Below are positions 46,001 through 48,110 of a stretch of DNA of 48,110 bases, in pieces (the stretch's first letter is position 1; each line of letters opens with the position of its first letter). Source of the DNA: Octopus bimaculoides (Eukaryota). The notes below the pieces were generated by a model that worked only from the letters and a program-made list of their open reading frames with translations, was not told the DNA's origin and made no database searches. A program made the position numbers and the translations under genes. The stretch spans positions 15,484,273-15,532,382 of the forward strand of contig NC_069006.1 of the NCBI RefSeq assembly GCF_001194135.2, given 5' to 3'.

Positions 46001-48110
46001 CGCACTTACGTACGTTCGTACGTACGTTCTTTTGTTCGTTCGTTCCTTCATTACGTTCGTTCGTTCGTACGTACATACTATCGTTCGTTCGTACATAGGT
46101 TCGTTTGTATGTTCGTTCGTACGTACATTCAGTCGTTCGTACGTTGGTACGTACGTCTGTTCGTTTGCACGTACGTACATTCGTTCGTTCGTACGTCCTT
46201 TCGTTCGTACTTACGTACGTACGTTCGTTCGTACGTATGTTCGTTCGTACATACGTTCGTCTGTTCGTACGTACGTTCCTTCGTACGTATATACGTATGT
46301 TCGTTCGTGCGTACGTTCGTTCATACCTACGTTCGCTCGTTTGTTCGTACGTAAATACGATCGTTCGTGCGTACGTACGTACGTTCGGTCGTTCGATCTT
46401 TCATTCGTTCGTACATAAGTTCGTTCGTTCATACGTACCTTCGTTCGTTTGTTTGTACATTCGTTCGTTCGTTCGTTTCTTCGTTTGTTTGTTCGTTCGT
46501 ACGTACGTATGTTCGTTCGTACGTAGGTTTGTTCCTTCATTACGTTCGTTCGTTCGAACGTACGTTTGTTCGTTCGTACGTACATACATTCGTTCGTTCG
46601 TACTTACGTACGTTCGTTCGTACGTATGTTCGTGCGTACGTTCGTTCGTTCCTTCATTACGTTCCTTCCTTCGTTCGTACGTACTATCGTTCGTTCGTAC
46701 GTACGTAAGTTTAATCGTACTACGTTCGATCAATTGTTCATTCGCTCGTTCATACGTACGTTCCCGCGTTCTTTTGTGCGTTCGTTCGTCTGTACGTACG
46801 TTCGTGCGAACGTTCGTTCGTACCTTCGTTTGTTCGTTCGTTCTTTCGTTTGTTAGTTCGTTCTTTCTTTCGTTCGTACGTTCGTTCGTACATACGTTCG
46901 TTCGTACATACATTCGTTTGTACGTTCGTTCGTACGTTGGTAAGTACGTTTGTTCGTTTGCTCGTACGTACATTCGTTCGTTCGTTCGTACGTCCTTTCG
47001 TTCGTACTTACGTACGTACGTTCGTTCGTTCGTTCGTTCTTTCGTTCGTTTGTTCGTACGTATGTTCGTTCGTACATACGTTCGTTTGTTTGTATGTATG
47101 TTCGTTCGTACATACCTTCGTTCGTACATACGTTCGTTCGTACATACGTTCGTTTGTATGTTCGTTCGTACGTACATTCATTCGTTCGTACGTACATTTG
47201 TTCGTTCGTACGTATATACGTATGTTCGTTCGTGCGTACGTTCGTTCATACGTACGTTCGCTCGTTTGTTCGTACGTAAATACGATCGTTCGTGCGTACG
47301 TACGTACGTTCGGTCGTTCGTTCTTTCATTCGTTCGAACGTACGTAAGTTCGATCGTTCGTACGTTCATACGTACGTACGTTCGTTCGTTTGTTTGTACA
47401 TTCGTTTGTTTGTTCGTTCGTTCGTTCGTACGTACGTTCGTTTGTTTGTACATACGTACGTACGTTCGTACGTACTTTCGTTCGTATGTTCGTACGTTCG
47501 TTCCTTCATTACGTTCCTTCGGACGTACGTACTATCGTTCGTTCGTACATACGTACCTTCGTAAGTTTATTCGTACGTACTTTCGTTCCTTCATACGTAC
47601 GTTCGTCCTTTTGTTCGTTCCTACCTTCTTTCGTACGTACGTTCGTTCGTATGTACGTACTATCGTTCGTTCGTACGTACGTGCGTTCGTTTGTACGTAC
47701 GTCCGTTTGTTCGTTCTGTGGTTCGTACGTACGTTCGTTCGTACGTACATTCGTTTGCTCATACATACGTATGTTCGTACGTACGTAAGTTTATTCGTTC
47801 GTACGTAGGTTCAATTGTTCATTCGTTCGTTCATACGTACGTTCCTTCTTTCTTTTGTCCGTACGTTCGTTCGTACGTACGGTCGTTCGTATGTTCGTTC
47901 GTATATACGTTATTTCCTTCGTACGTTACTTCGTTCGTACGTACGTACTATCGTTCGTACGTACGTACTATCGTTCGTTCGTACGTACGTTTGTTCGTTC
48001 GTACGTACATACATTCGTTCGTTCGTACTTACGTGCGTTCGTTTTTTTGTTCGTTCGCACGTACGTTCGTTCGTACGTACGTTTGTACCTTCATTACGTT
48101 CGTTCGTTCA
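37005..48110. repeat. ~11 kb CpG-rich complex tetranucleotide satellite (CGTT/CGTA words) with higher-order structure; continues past the window end
   Basis: Continuous 4-nt periodic sequence. 37005-37317 is in the opposite orientation (GAAC words). Gaps at 40074-40525 and 42188-42197. Confidence 0.97.

Noticed and set aside
37068-47808. Dozens of long ORFs up to 760 aa (RSFV/RTYV/NERT repeats)
   Set aside because: CGTT and CGTA tetramers contain no stop codon in any frame, so long ORFs occur in all frames on both strands. Several also run through N gaps. There is no coding signal.

Overview
Repeat-dominated, AT-rich eukaryotic genomic DNA, most likely octopus (inferred from the abundant tRNA-derived SINE families and the microsatellite load; cannot be proven without a search). 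It comes from a gapped short-read assembly, and three 10-N gaps are flanked by duplicated sequence. No host protein-coding gene can be confidently called; only weak single-exon and promoter candidates are offered. Bases 1-36.9 kb are a mosaic of at least four SINE families, decayed LINEs (Tx1/L1-like, RTE), Penelope-like (Neptune-type) relics, Tc1/mariner, hAT and piggyBac-like MITEs, and compound microsatellites. Bases 37.0-48.1 kb are an ~11 kb, extremely CpG-dense satellite built from 4-nt words (CGTT/CGTA and variants), with higher-order duplications and an inverted block at its start. All long ORFs there are artefacts of the repeat. The most striking system is a tRNA-headed SINE whose 3' part carries a minimal type-I hammerhead ribozyme motif of the Penelope type. 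It inserted into a Tx1-like LINE with a clean 14-bp TSD. Several other hammerhead-like motifs and relics of possible autonomous Penelope partners occur in the same window.
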